From a candidate division WOR-3 bacterium (GTDB taxonomy: Bacteria > Hydrothermota > 32-111), in assembly GCA_039804105.1 (NCBI GenBank), contig JBDRZU010000001.1, positions 1,295,985-1,359,984 on the forward strand: 64,000 nt of DNA, written 5' to 3'. The notes under the pieces were generated by a model. The model did not search any database, was not told where the DNA came from, and was given only the letters and a program-made list of their open reading frames with translations. Positions 42,048 through 50,354 of the stretch are shown piece after piece. Both the position numbers and the translations under genes were made by a program. The number at the start of each line of letters is the position of its first letter. The stretch's first letter is position 1.

Positions 42048-43671
42048 CTTTATACATCCTTTCTTTGATTGTTATTCCCATAAGGGATAAACCTATTTTT
42101 ATTATTTCTCTTGCTGCATATAGTACTGATATTTTTTTTAACATTTCTTTTTTATCGTTAATATCGATGATCCTGTAGTCATGATAAAACTGGTGAACCA
42201 GAGAAGAAAGTTCTATAAGATAATTTGGAATTTTTTGCAACTCATAAGAAAAAGCGGTATTGTAAACAACGAAAGGAAACTCTAAAAGTTTTTTTGCAAT
42301 ATCTCTTAAATTTTTATTCTCAAAATTTTCAAAATTGAAAACTATTTCATTTTCATTTAAATTTGCCTTATCAAAAAGGGATGATAACCTTGCATAACAG
42401 TATTGAACATAATATACAGGATTGTCCATACTTTTTTCTTTTGCCTTTTCTATATCAAAGTTGAAGGGCTGGGATAGTTTTCTTGAAAGGATCATAAATT
42501 TTAAAACATCGGTATCTATTTCTTCTGACAGTTCATCTAATGTTATAAATTCACCTGTTCTTTTTGACATCTCATACTTTTTTCCATCTTTGAATATAGT
42601 AACGAGTTGTGCTATTATAACATCAAATTCAACTCTTCGGTCTGAAACCATGTTGATTGCTGATTTCAATCTTGGAACATATCCATGATGATCGGGTCCA
42701 AGTATATCTATGATTTTATAAAAACCCCTTTCAATTTTATAAAAATGGTAAGCAATATCTGGTAGGAAATAAGTGAACTCTCCATCAGATTTTACGATCA
42801 CTCTATCCTTATCATCTCCAAAAATTGTTGTTTTTAGGTATAGCGCTTTATCTTTAGTGTATGTATAACCTTTTTCTGATAATCTTTCTAAAACTTTTTC
42901 TAAATATCTTTTTCTAATATCCGACTCATACACCCAATTATCAAATTCTATGGAATACTTTTCAAGAGAATCTTTTTGCCAGTTCAATATGAACTCTTTT
43001 CCAAAATCTGAAGCGATTTTTATATTTTCATCGTTGAAATCAAGTTCACCAATCTTTTGCTTGAGTTTTTCTGATATATCCCTTATGTAGTTTCCTCTGT
43101 ATCCATTTTCAGGAAAGATTTCAGGTTTATTTTTAGAAATATGATAAAGTATCGAAGCACCCAGATTGTATATCTGGTTACCGGCGTCGTTTATATAATT
43201 TTCCTTTTCAACATCGTACCCGGTGTATTTTAGCACATTCGAAAGCATGTTGCCAGCAACCCCAGCTCTTAGATTTACAAGAACAAGTGGACCTGTGGGA
43301 TTTGCACTTATAAATTCTATGTTGACCTTTTTGTTATTCTGTTCTTTTTTACCATAGAATTTCTCGGTTACAATTGTTTTACATTCCTGGAAAATTTCTT
43401 TGTCATTGAAAAATATATTTATAAAACCTGGAGAAACTATTTCAGTTTTATAGTTGTGTTCTTTTTCAAGTTTTTCTGAAATAATTTTAGATATTTCCAA
43501 AGGATTTTTTTTGACCTTTTTTGATAGTTGAAAAGAAATATTTGTTGAAACATCACCAAAATCTGTAAAGGATACCAACTCATAATCTTTAAAAGAAAAT
43601 TCTACGGAAAATTCATTCTCAACTATTTTTTTTAGATTATCAAGAAAAGTTTTAACCAGCATTATCTTCAC
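42037..43671 (-). CDS. argS: arginine--tRNA ligase
   Basis: The 544-aa product has the ArgS N-terminal add-1 domain, SANPTGPL followed by LVNL where HIGH is expected, and a KMSKS-like EMSKRTG. It has a DALR anticodon-binding C-terminus. Confidence 0.85.
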   Translation of the reverse strand: MKIMLVKTFLDNLKKIVENEFSVEFSFKDYELVSFTDFGDVSTNISFQLSKKVKKNPLEISKIISEKLEKEHNYKTEIVSPGFINIFFNDKEIFQECKTIVTEKFYGKKEQNNKKVNIEFISANPTGPLVLVNLRAGVAGNMLSNVLKYTGYDVEKENYINDAGNQIYNLGASILYHISKNKPEIFPENGYRGNYIRDISEKLKQKIGELDFNDENIKIASDFGKEFILNWQKDSLEKYSIEFDNWVYESDIRKRYLEKVLERLSEKGYTYTKDKALYLKTTIFGDDKDRVIVKSDGEFTYFLPDIAYHFYKIERGFYKIIDILGPDHHGYVPRLKSAINMVSDRRVEFDVIIAQLVTIFKDGKKYEMSKRTGEFITLDELSEEIDTDVLKFMILSRKLSQPFNFDIEKAKEKSMDNPVYYVQYCYARLSSLFDKANLNENEIVFNFENFENKNLRDIAKKLLEFPFVVYNTAFSYELQKIPNYLIELSSLVHQFYHDYRIIDINDKKEMLKKISVLYAAREIIKIGLSLMGITIKERMYKDEV

Positions 43672-43999
43672 CTATATGTGTAATTTTTCCATCAGCCCAT
43701 AGGGATTCAAGAGAGTATCTATCTCTTTCTTCCTGTTGAAAAATATGAACAACAACATCTCCATAATCCATAAGTATCCACACACCTGCACTCTCACCTT
43801 CAATGTTTACATTTTTATAAAGTTTTTTTAGTTTTCGATAAATGTTATCTTTGATAGCGTTTGTTTGAACTGAAGAGATACCGGTTGTTATTATGAAATA
43901 ATCTGTAAAAGTTGAGATCTCTGACAAATCGATTACAACAGTGTTTAATCCCTTTTTCTCAAGTATAGCATCAACGATCATTTTTACCTTTTTTTCCAA
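43652..43999 (-). CDS. rsfS: ribosomal silencing factor RsfS (Iojap)
   Basis: The 115-aa product matches the DUF143/Iojap pattern IDLSEISTFTDYFIITTGISSVQTNAI. Confidence 0.8.
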   Translation of the reverse strand: MEKKVKMIVDAILEKKGLNTVVIDLSEISTFTDYFIITTGISSVQTNAIKDNIYRKLKKLYKNVNIEGESAGVWILMDYGDVVVHIFQQEERDRYSLESLWADGKITHIGEDNAG

Positions 44000-44381
44000 A
44001 AAAACTCCTTTTTAATATGTTTTCATAATCTTTTCCAATTATTATTGTAACATCTATATTGAATGTTGAATCAACAAAAGAAAAAATATTTTTACATTTG
44101 AAGAGCTGAGCAATATTTTTTGCATATTTCATATTTTTATTTTTTCTATCAACTATACATGTATTATCTAAATCTTCATTTTCTATCATTTCAATAGAAA
44201 AAACCTCGTAATTTTTTTTCTTTAAAATTTCTGCAAATTTATAACCAATATCTTTTTTGTCCGTGGTATTTAAAATCTCAACTTTAATTATATAGTTTTC
44301 TTTTTCAAATATCAAAAAATAAATTGAACATACTAACACAACAATGAGAGCAAAGACAGCAAATAGAAAAAATTTTTTCAT
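43971..44381 (-). CDS. membrane-anchored LytR_C (cell-envelope-related transcriptional attenuator C-terminal) domain protein
   Basis: The 136-aa product has an N-terminal TM helix and a LytR_C-like pattern (IKVEILNTTDKKDIGYKFAEIL...). Confidence 0.4.
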   Translation of the reverse strand: MKKFFLFAVFALIVVLVCSIYFLIFEKENYIIKVEILNTTDKKDIGYKFAEILKKKNYEVFSIEMIENEDLDNTCIVDRKNKNMKYAKNIAQLFKCKNIFSFVDSTFNIDVTIIIGKDYENILKRSFFGKKGKNDR

Positions 44382-45337
44382 CCTTTTAAATTTGAAAATG
44401 GCGGAACGAATTGATCTTCTTTTGTTTCGTAGTTTTCAAGTACTGAAAAGGATGAAATTCTTGTTCCTTTTCTTATTATGGATTTCCCCTTAATCACAAC
44501 GTATGGTTCTATTGTCACATCGTTTTCAAGAACAACATCATATTCGATGTAACATGTTTGTGGAGATTTTATCGTTACTCCATTTTTTAATACAGAAAAA
44601 ACTTTTTTGTTTAAAAGAATGGTTTCAATATGTGATAACTGTTCCCTATCATTTATTCCGGATACCTCTAAAATGTTTTCCAATTTTATAGTTTCTATTT
44701 TTGATCTTTCTTTTGAACCGATCTTTATAAGATCGGTTAAATAGTACTCCTTTTGACTATTATCATTGGAAAGTTTTTTTAGATAATTTTTTAGAAATTT
44801 GTATCTAAAAACATATACTCCAGAATTAACTTCTTTTATCTTTTTCTGTCTTTGATTGCAGTCCTTATCTTCAACGATCATACTGATTTTTCGATTTTTT
44901 TCTCTTACAACTCTTCCATAACCTGTAGGATCTTCAAGTTCCATCGTTAGTAAAGTTATATCGTTTTTATCCTTAATATGTTTATCAATCATTCTGGATA
45001 AGGTTTCAGAGGTTATAAGGGGAACATCCCCAGCAAGAACAACGATGTTAGAATTTTCGTCAAATTTTTCAAAAGCACACATAACAGCATGTCCGGTTCC
45101 GAGTTGTTCTTTCTGATATGCTATTTCAACATTTTTGTCTTTTAAAAATTCAGTAACAAGTTCTGATCTGTTTCCAACAAGAACAATAACTTTATCATTT
45201 TTTATCTTTTCAACAGTTTCAAGAATATAACCTAAAATTGGTTTGCCAAGTAGATCAAAAAGAACTTTTGGCTTATCAGATTTCATTCTTTTTCCGAGTC
45301 CTGCTGCGAGTATCAGTATGTTGATTTTTTCATTCAT
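44378..45337 (-). CDS. sugar-1-phosphate nucleotidyltransferase, GlmU N-terminal-domain-like, lacking complete LbH acetyltransferase domain
   Basis: The 319-aa product has ILAAGLGKRMKSDKPKVL (G-x-G-x-R-M motif) and a uridylyltransferase fold. Only ~2-3 hexapeptide repeats lie at the C-terminus, whereas bifunctional GlmU is ~450 aa. Confidence 0.6.
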   Translation of the reverse strand: MNEKINILILAAGLGKRMKSDKPKVLFDLLGKPILGYILETVEKIKNDKVIVLVGNRSELVTEFLKDKNVEIAYQKEQLGTGHAVMCAFEKFDENSNIVVLAGDVPLITSETLSRMIDKHIKDKNDITLLTMELEDPTGYGRVVREKNRKISMIVEDKDCNQRQKKIKEVNSGVYVFRYKFLKNYLKKLSNDNSQKEYYLTDLIKIGSKERSKIETIKLENILEVSGINDREQLSHIETILLNKKVFSVLKNGVTIKSPQTCYIEYDVVLENDVTIEPYVVIKGKSIIRKGTRISSFSVLENYETKEDQFVPPFSNLKG

Positions 45338-46176
45338 TTCAGTTTAACCCTTATGTTATCTATAAGTCGTGTTTTTCCAAAAAAAACTGCAAGAAATATT
45401 CTGCAAAATTTTGTATTCTCTGTTACATCTTTCAAACCATCCTCATCGTATATTTCGATATAATCTATCCTGTCTGGTTTTTCATTTTCAATAAGTTTTT
45501 TAATTCGTTCTTTTGCTTTTTTAATATCTCTTTCTTTTTCTAAAATTTCTTTTCCTGCTATTAAGGATTTAAAAAGAATCGTAGCTTTTTTTCTCTCATC
45601 TTCTGAAAGATAGGAGTTTCTTGAACTCATTGCAAGACCATCTTTTTCTCTTACTATCGGGCAAGGAATAACTTTTAAATTAAAGTTTAGATCTTCTACC
45701 ATCTTTTTTATTATGAGATACTGCTGGAAATCTTTCTCTCCAAAATATGCTTTGTCAGGACAAACTATGTTGAAAAGTTTTGCCACAACGGTTAAAACTC
45801 CTTCAAAATGTGTTGGTCTTGATATACCACACAATTTTTCTGAAAGTTCTTTTATTTTAACTGAAACGAGTTGATTATGATACATTTCATGATCCGATGG
45901 AAAAAATAGTATATCGCAACCATTCATCTTCAAGATTTTTTTATCCCTTTCGATATCTCTTGGATACCTACCATAATCTTCATTAACTCCAAACTGGAGG
46001 GGGTTTACATATATTGAGACGACAACGATGTCATTTTCCTTTTTTGCTTTTTTTACAAGTGAAATGTGTCCATCATGGAGATAACCCATAGTTGGAACAA
46101 AACCTATAGATTTCTGTTGTTCTCTAAAGTTTTTTAACTCTTTTTTTAATTGTGATATTTTAGAAAACACCTTCAT
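45334..46176 (-). CDS. panC: pantoate--beta-alanine ligase
   Basis: The 280-aa product has GFVPTMGYLHDGHISL, the HIGH-type motif of PanC. Confidence 0.9.
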   Translation of the reverse strand: MKVFSKISQLKKELKNFREQQKSIGFVPTMGYLHDGHISLVKKAKKENDIVVVSIYVNPLQFGVNEDYGRYPRDIERDKKILKMNGCDILFFPSDHEMYHNQLVSVKIKELSEKLCGISRPTHFEGVLTVVAKLFNIVCPDKAYFGEKDFQQYLIIKKMVEDLNFNLKVIPCPIVREKDGLAMSSRNSYLSEDERKKATILFKSLIAGKEILEKERDIKKAKERIKKLIENEKPDRIDYIEIYDEDGLKDVTENTKFCRIFLAVFFGKTRLIDNIRVKLK

Positions 46177-46814
46177 ACTGATATCGGCTTTAAAAATTTC
46201 AAACCTTTGAACGGTTTTTCGATTTCCTGAATGATTTGAGCGATAGATGCTTGATCTTTTGAGAGATCAACATCATCAACATTGACCATGAGCACCGGTG
46301 CATCCTTATACATCATAAAGAAGTTAGAGTAATTTTTCGAGAGTTGATTTATGTAATCATAACTTATATCCTGTTCGAATGTTCTGTTTCTCTTCTTTAT
46401 CCTTTCCATTATTGTTTCACATGATGCTTGAAGAAATATCACCAGGTCTGGTTTTGGAATTTCAGGTTCGATGAATTTTATTATGTGTTCATAAAGAATA
46501 AGTTCATTATCGTCAAGGTTTAAATTTGCGAAAATCCTGTCCTTTTCAAAGATATAATCACTTATCACCATATCGTAAAACATCCTTGTCTGTTTTAACT
46601 TTTGGAGTTGTTTGTATCTTGCAAAAAGGAAATAGATCTGTGTCTGGAATGCATAATGTTTGACATTTTTATAAAAGTTTTCAAGAAACGGATTTTCTTC
46701 AACAGGTTCAAGTATTATCTCAGCATTGTAATGCTTTGCCAACCTTGTTGCAAGAGTTGTTTTACCAACCCCTATTACACCCTCAACACTGATAAACTTG
46801 TAAGGGTTTGTCAA
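46173..46814 (-). CDS. deoxynucleoside kinase (dCK/dGK family)
   Basis: The 213-aa product has the P-loop VEGVIGVGKTTLATRLA, the ERS-like motif region and a lid region. Confidence 0.8.
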   Translation of the reverse strand: MTNPYKFISVEGVIGVGKTTLATRLAKHYNAEIILEPVEENPFLENFYKNVKHYAFQTQIYFLFARYKQLQKLKQTRMFYDMVISDYIFEKDRIFANLNLDDNELILYEHIIKFIEPEIPKPDLVIFLQASCETIMERIKKRNRTFEQDISYDYINQLSKNYSNFFMMYKDAPVLMVNVDDVDLSKDQASIAQIIQEIEKPFKGLKFLKPISV

Positions 46815-47329
46815 AATAAAACTCCTTTTAAACTTTTCATTTTATACTCTTCAACTCTCTTACTTTTATTAATCTTTTGAAAAACATCCTTCACTTTTAG
46901 ATTAAACTTTGGCATCAAAAAATCAGGATCAATGTCCATCAAAAGTTTTATTATAAAATATCTATCCAAAATACTTTTGTGAGGTATTGTTAACTCCTCA
47001 CTATCAATTATTATATCATTATAGAACAATATATCAATATCAATTATTCTCGGTCCCTTTTTTATTTTTGAATCTCTTCTTCCTATAAGGTATTCTATCC
47101 TTTTTACAACCCTTAACAGTTCTTCTGGTGAAAAATCGGTTGAAATTTTTAGTATTATGTTTAAAAAATCTTCCTGGTTTTCATAATCAACGGCTTCAGT
47201 GTTATATAATTTGGAAAAACCTGTTATTGTTATGTTGTTAAGTTTAATAAGTTTTATAGCATCTCTGATATTTTTTTCTCTATCACCTATATTTGACCCA
47301 AGACATAGAAAAATCATATCTTTTTGCAT
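46811..47329 (-). CDS. folK: 2-amino-4-hydroxy-6-hydroxymethyldihydropteridine pyrophosphokinase
   Basis: The 172-aa product has LGSNIGDREKNI...GPRIIDIDILF...TIPH, the HPPK motifs. Confidence 0.88.
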   Translation of the reverse strand: MQKDMIFLCLGSNIGDREKNIRDAIKLIKLNNITITGFSKLYNTEAVDYENQEDFLNIILKISTDFSPEELLRVVKRIEYLIGRRDSKIKKGPRIIDIDILFYNDIIIDSEELTIPHKSILDRYFIIKLLMDIDPDFLMPKFNLKVKDVFQKINKSKRVEEYKMKSLKGVLF

Positions 47330-47640
47330 TTTTCCATCTCCACATAAGAACAGTATTTCATTCTATAAGGTTTGTTTTTTTTAACGATCAACCTGAAAGA
47401 ACTTTTATCTTTGAAAAATTTTTTCAACTCTTTCTCAAGAAATTCGAGCATTTCTTCAATAAGTGAAAATTTTTTATTTTTTAACAGGGTTTCAACAGTA
47501 CTGTAAACTTCAAAATAATCTATGAATTCTTTCTCTTCATATTCTAACAGAATATCGACAAGATTTTTTTTCTTTTTCTCAACTTCATAAACCCCAAGAA
47601 AAACGGGGAAATTTTTAATATAAAGTTTAACCTTATACAT
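47314..47640 (-). CDS. folB: dihydroneopterin aldolase (divergent)
   Basis: The 108-aa product has a pattern VKLYIKNFPVFLGVYEVEKK...VDILLEYE ... LIEEMLEFLEKEL ... RLIVKKNKP that aligns to FolB, including the catalytic Glu and Lys positions. It overlaps folK by 16 nt. Confidence 0.55.
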   Translation of the reverse strand: MYKVKLYIKNFPVFLGVYEVEKKKKNLVDILLEYEEKEFIDYFEVYSTVETLLKNKKFSLIEEMLEFLEKELKKFFKDKSSFRLIVKKNKPYRMKYCSYVEMEKCKKI

Positions 47641-49180
47641 ATTTACCTTCTATGATACCTATTGGAAGAATCATCTCTTCCATTGATATACCGCCGTGTT
47701 GAAAGGTATTGTAATATTCTTTTTTGTATTGGTTTAATTTTGTTGAATAAACAAAGTATCCGTTTCCAAAAGTGATATACCATTTATCGTTTGGTTTCTG
47801 AACAGGTAATCCGAATTCATCGGGTTTATCGATCACAAGCAGATCTTTGCTTTGAGGGGAGATCGATGAACCAAATTTATATTTTAAATTGATTGAAACA
47901 TCTTTGCCGGTATTTAAAACGATAGGATCCTTTGCAACTATTGAACCATGATCTGAAGTGATGAAAATTGTGAATCCGTTGTCAACGCTTTTTTCTAAGA
48001 GTTCAAGGATTCCAGAAGTTTTTATCCATATACCCATCAAAAATAGAAGAGAACTCTCATCGGGAAGCATATCTTTTAGTATGTTTGATTCACTTCTTAT
48101 ATGTGTAAAGATGTCCATAATGTTTATCACAAGAATATTTAGAGTGTTGTTTTTTAAATTTGAAAAATTTGAAATATATTTTGAAAGGTTTTCGTTTGTC
48201 GAAACTTTTGAGTAATGAACATTGTCAAAACCATTCTTTTTTGCGAGGGATTTTAAAAACTCCTCCTCGTATTGGTTTTGGGATAGAGTATCCTCAAACT
48301 CCCATCTTTCTGGAAAGATCTTATAAATTTCAACTGGAAGAAAACCACTGAAAATGGAATTTCTGCTGAATGGTGTTGCTGTTGGAATGATTGAAAAATA
48401 ATGATCGTTTACGATTCTGAAATATTCTGAAAGTGTTGACTCAAGAATAAGGTATTGATCGTATCTCATACAATCTATAAGAAGGAACAGAATTTTTTTG
48501 TTCTGTTTTAATACTGGAAAAACTTTATGCTCGAACAACCTGTGTGAAAAAGTTAAACTTTTATCTTTTAAAAAATTTGGATAGTTTTTACTTATAAATT
48601 TAGCAAAAACTTTGTTCATATTCTCTTTCGTTTGTTCATGTAAAGATAAAATCTCCTTTTTTAAAAATTCGTTTAAAACGATGTTCATCGAAGAAGAGAT
48701 GCGATGGAGTTCGTAAAATGATTCCAAAGAGAGTTCTCCGTTTAAATAAATTTCAACTTTTTTTAAAAAGTTTGAGTATCTTTCTCCTATACTGTCAGAA
48801 ATTATTTTTTTATTTTCGAGTATCCTTTTAATCGTTGTTAACAGTTGCATAGCGTTGATCGGTTTTATCAAATAATCGTTTATTTTTAATGATATCGCAT
48901 TTTTTATTATATCTTTATCATCAGCTTTTGTAACCATTATTACAGGAATGTTTGAAGAGTATTCCTTTAAAAGAGATAATGTTTCTATCCCATCAAGTCC
49001 AGGCATATACTGATCAAGGATTATCAAATCGAATGTTTCGTTTTTTACTCTTTCAAGTCCATCCTGTCCACTGGATGATGGTATCACCTCATAACCCTCA
49101 TTTTCAAGAAATTTGGAAAGGGATTTGAGATTGTCGATCTGATCATCTATCCATAAAATTCTTTTTTTCATCTTTATCAA
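47633..49180 (-). CDS. response regulator with C-terminal PglZ (alkaline-phosphatase superfamily) effector domain; PorX-like
   Basis: The 515-aa product has an N-terminal REC domain (ILWIDDQ...DLIILDQYMPGLDG). The PglZ motifs are LLIDCMRYDQ, IPTATPFSRNSIFSG and HGGISMEEMILP. This domain order and size match T9SS regulator PorX (~518 aa). Confidence 0.7.
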   Translation of the reverse strand: MIKMKKRILWIDDQIDNLKSLSKFLENEGYEVIPSSSGQDGLERVKNETFDLIILDQYMPGLDGIETLSLLKEYSSNIPVIMVTKADDKDIIKNAISLKINDYLIKPINAMQLLTTIKRILENKKIISDSIGERYSNFLKKVEIYLNGELSLESFYELHRISSSMNIVLNEFLKKEILSLHEQTKENMNKVFAKFISKNYPNFLKDKSLTFSHRLFEHKVFPVLKQNKKILFLLIDCMRYDQYLILESTLSEYFRIVNDHYFSIIPTATPFSRNSIFSGFLPVEIYKIFPERWEFEDTLSQNQYEEEFLKSLAKKNGFDNVHYSKVSTNENLSKYISNFSNLKNNTLNILVINIMDIFTHIRSESNILKDMLPDESSLLFLMGIWIKTSGILELLEKSVDNGFTIFITSDHGSIVAKDPIVLNTGKDVSINLKYKFGSSISPQSKDLLVIDKPDEFGLPVQKPNDKWYITFGNGYFVYSTKLNQYKKEYYNTFQHGGISMEEMILPIGIIEGKYV

Positions 49181-50354
49181 GGATTATTAAAAAAGTTGTT
49201 CCATCGTTAACCACGGTTCTCTCAAGTATCAGTTTTCCTTTATGGAAATCTTCAATGATTTTTTTTGCGAGAGGCAAACCAAGTCCCCAGCCAAACTTTT
49301 TGGTCGTGAATCCAATTTTAAAAATGTTTTCAATGTTTTTCCTTTCGATACCAACACCATTATCCGATATTCTGATAAGAACTCTGTTATTTTCATTTTT
49401 TGTTTCTATTTTTATTTTCCCGTCAGAGATGTTTTTTAAGGAATCTATGCTGTTTTTGATCAAATTCTCCAAAGCCCATTTGAAAAGTTCTTTATCAACC
49501 ATGATATGTTCGTCACTGTCCAGTTGTGTTTCAATCGAAATTTTGTTTTTTCCAATTGTTGGAACTCTTTTTTTGAAATAGGATGAAACATCATCTATGA
49601 TTTCTTTTAAACTTGTCACCTCAAAAGCAGGATTTGAGCCGATTTTGTTAAACCTGTTTGATACGGTTTCAAGACGGGAACAGTCCTCTTCAATTCCATC
49701 AACAATATTTTTATCGATAGTTTGTTTTTCTTTCAGCATATATATCCATGTTTTCAATGATGTTAGGGGAGTTCCGATCTGGTGAGCTGTTTCTTTTGCC
49801 ATTCCTGCCCATATTATGTTGTCCTCGCTCTTTCTATATAATAGAAAAGCATAAATTCCTATCAGCAGAAAAATAGAGGAAACTATTACCTGAAAAAATG
49901 GAGCAAACTGAAGTTTTTTGTATAGTGGATCTTCTCCCATATGGATGACCGCAAGCACTTTTGAATTGTATATAAGTTTTATAGGTCTTTTCTCACCATC
50001 AAGTTTTTCGACTATTTTTTTTAAATCAGCAAGGTATTTAGGGTTATTTTCAATCTCAAAAACAGTATCAAGATAACCAACATTTCTCCAGGAAATCGGA
50101 TAGCCGGATGTGTCAGTTAAAACTATTGGAAAGGAAATATTTTTTATGATTTCCTCAAAAATTATTTCTTCGATTTTCGAGGTTTGATTCTCAGTAATTC
50201 CTGTTGCGTATCTTGCAAAGATTCTTGATTGCATCAAGGATTTTTCTTCAAGTTTAAACACTATATCTTGAATGAATAAAAAAGAGGCTAAAGAAACGAC
50301 TATCAGGGCAACAAAAAAATATGATTTGAAGAAGAATGGGTTTTTGTTCATCAC
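49143..50354 (-). CDS. sensor histidine kinase (PorY-like partner of the REC-PglZ regulator)
   Basis: The 403-aa product has two TM helices flanking a periplasmic loop, an H-box (ETAHQIGTPLTSL) and an HATPase_c G-box (ISDNGVGI). It overlaps the downstream regulator gene by 38 nt and abuts the upstream GGDEF gene. Confidence 0.75.
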   Translation of the reverse strand: MMNKNPFFFKSYFFVALIVVSLASFLFIQDIVFKLEEKSLMQSRIFARYATGITENQTSKIEEIIFEEIIKNISFPIVLTDTSGYPISWRNVGYLDTVFEIENNPKYLADLKKIVEKLDGEKRPIKLIYNSKVLAVIHMGEDPLYKKLQFAPFFQVIVSSIFLLIGIYAFLLYRKSEDNIIWAGMAKETAHQIGTPLTSLKTWIYMLKEKQTIDKNIVDGIEEDCSRLETVSNRFNKIGSNPAFEVTSLKEIIDDVSSYFKKRVPTIGKNKISIETQLDSDEHIMVDKELFKWALENLIKNSIDSLKNISDGKIKIETKNENNRVLIRISDNGVGIERKNIENIFKIGFTTKKFGWGLGLPLAKKIIEDFHKGKLILERTVVNDGTTFLIILDKDEKKNFMDR

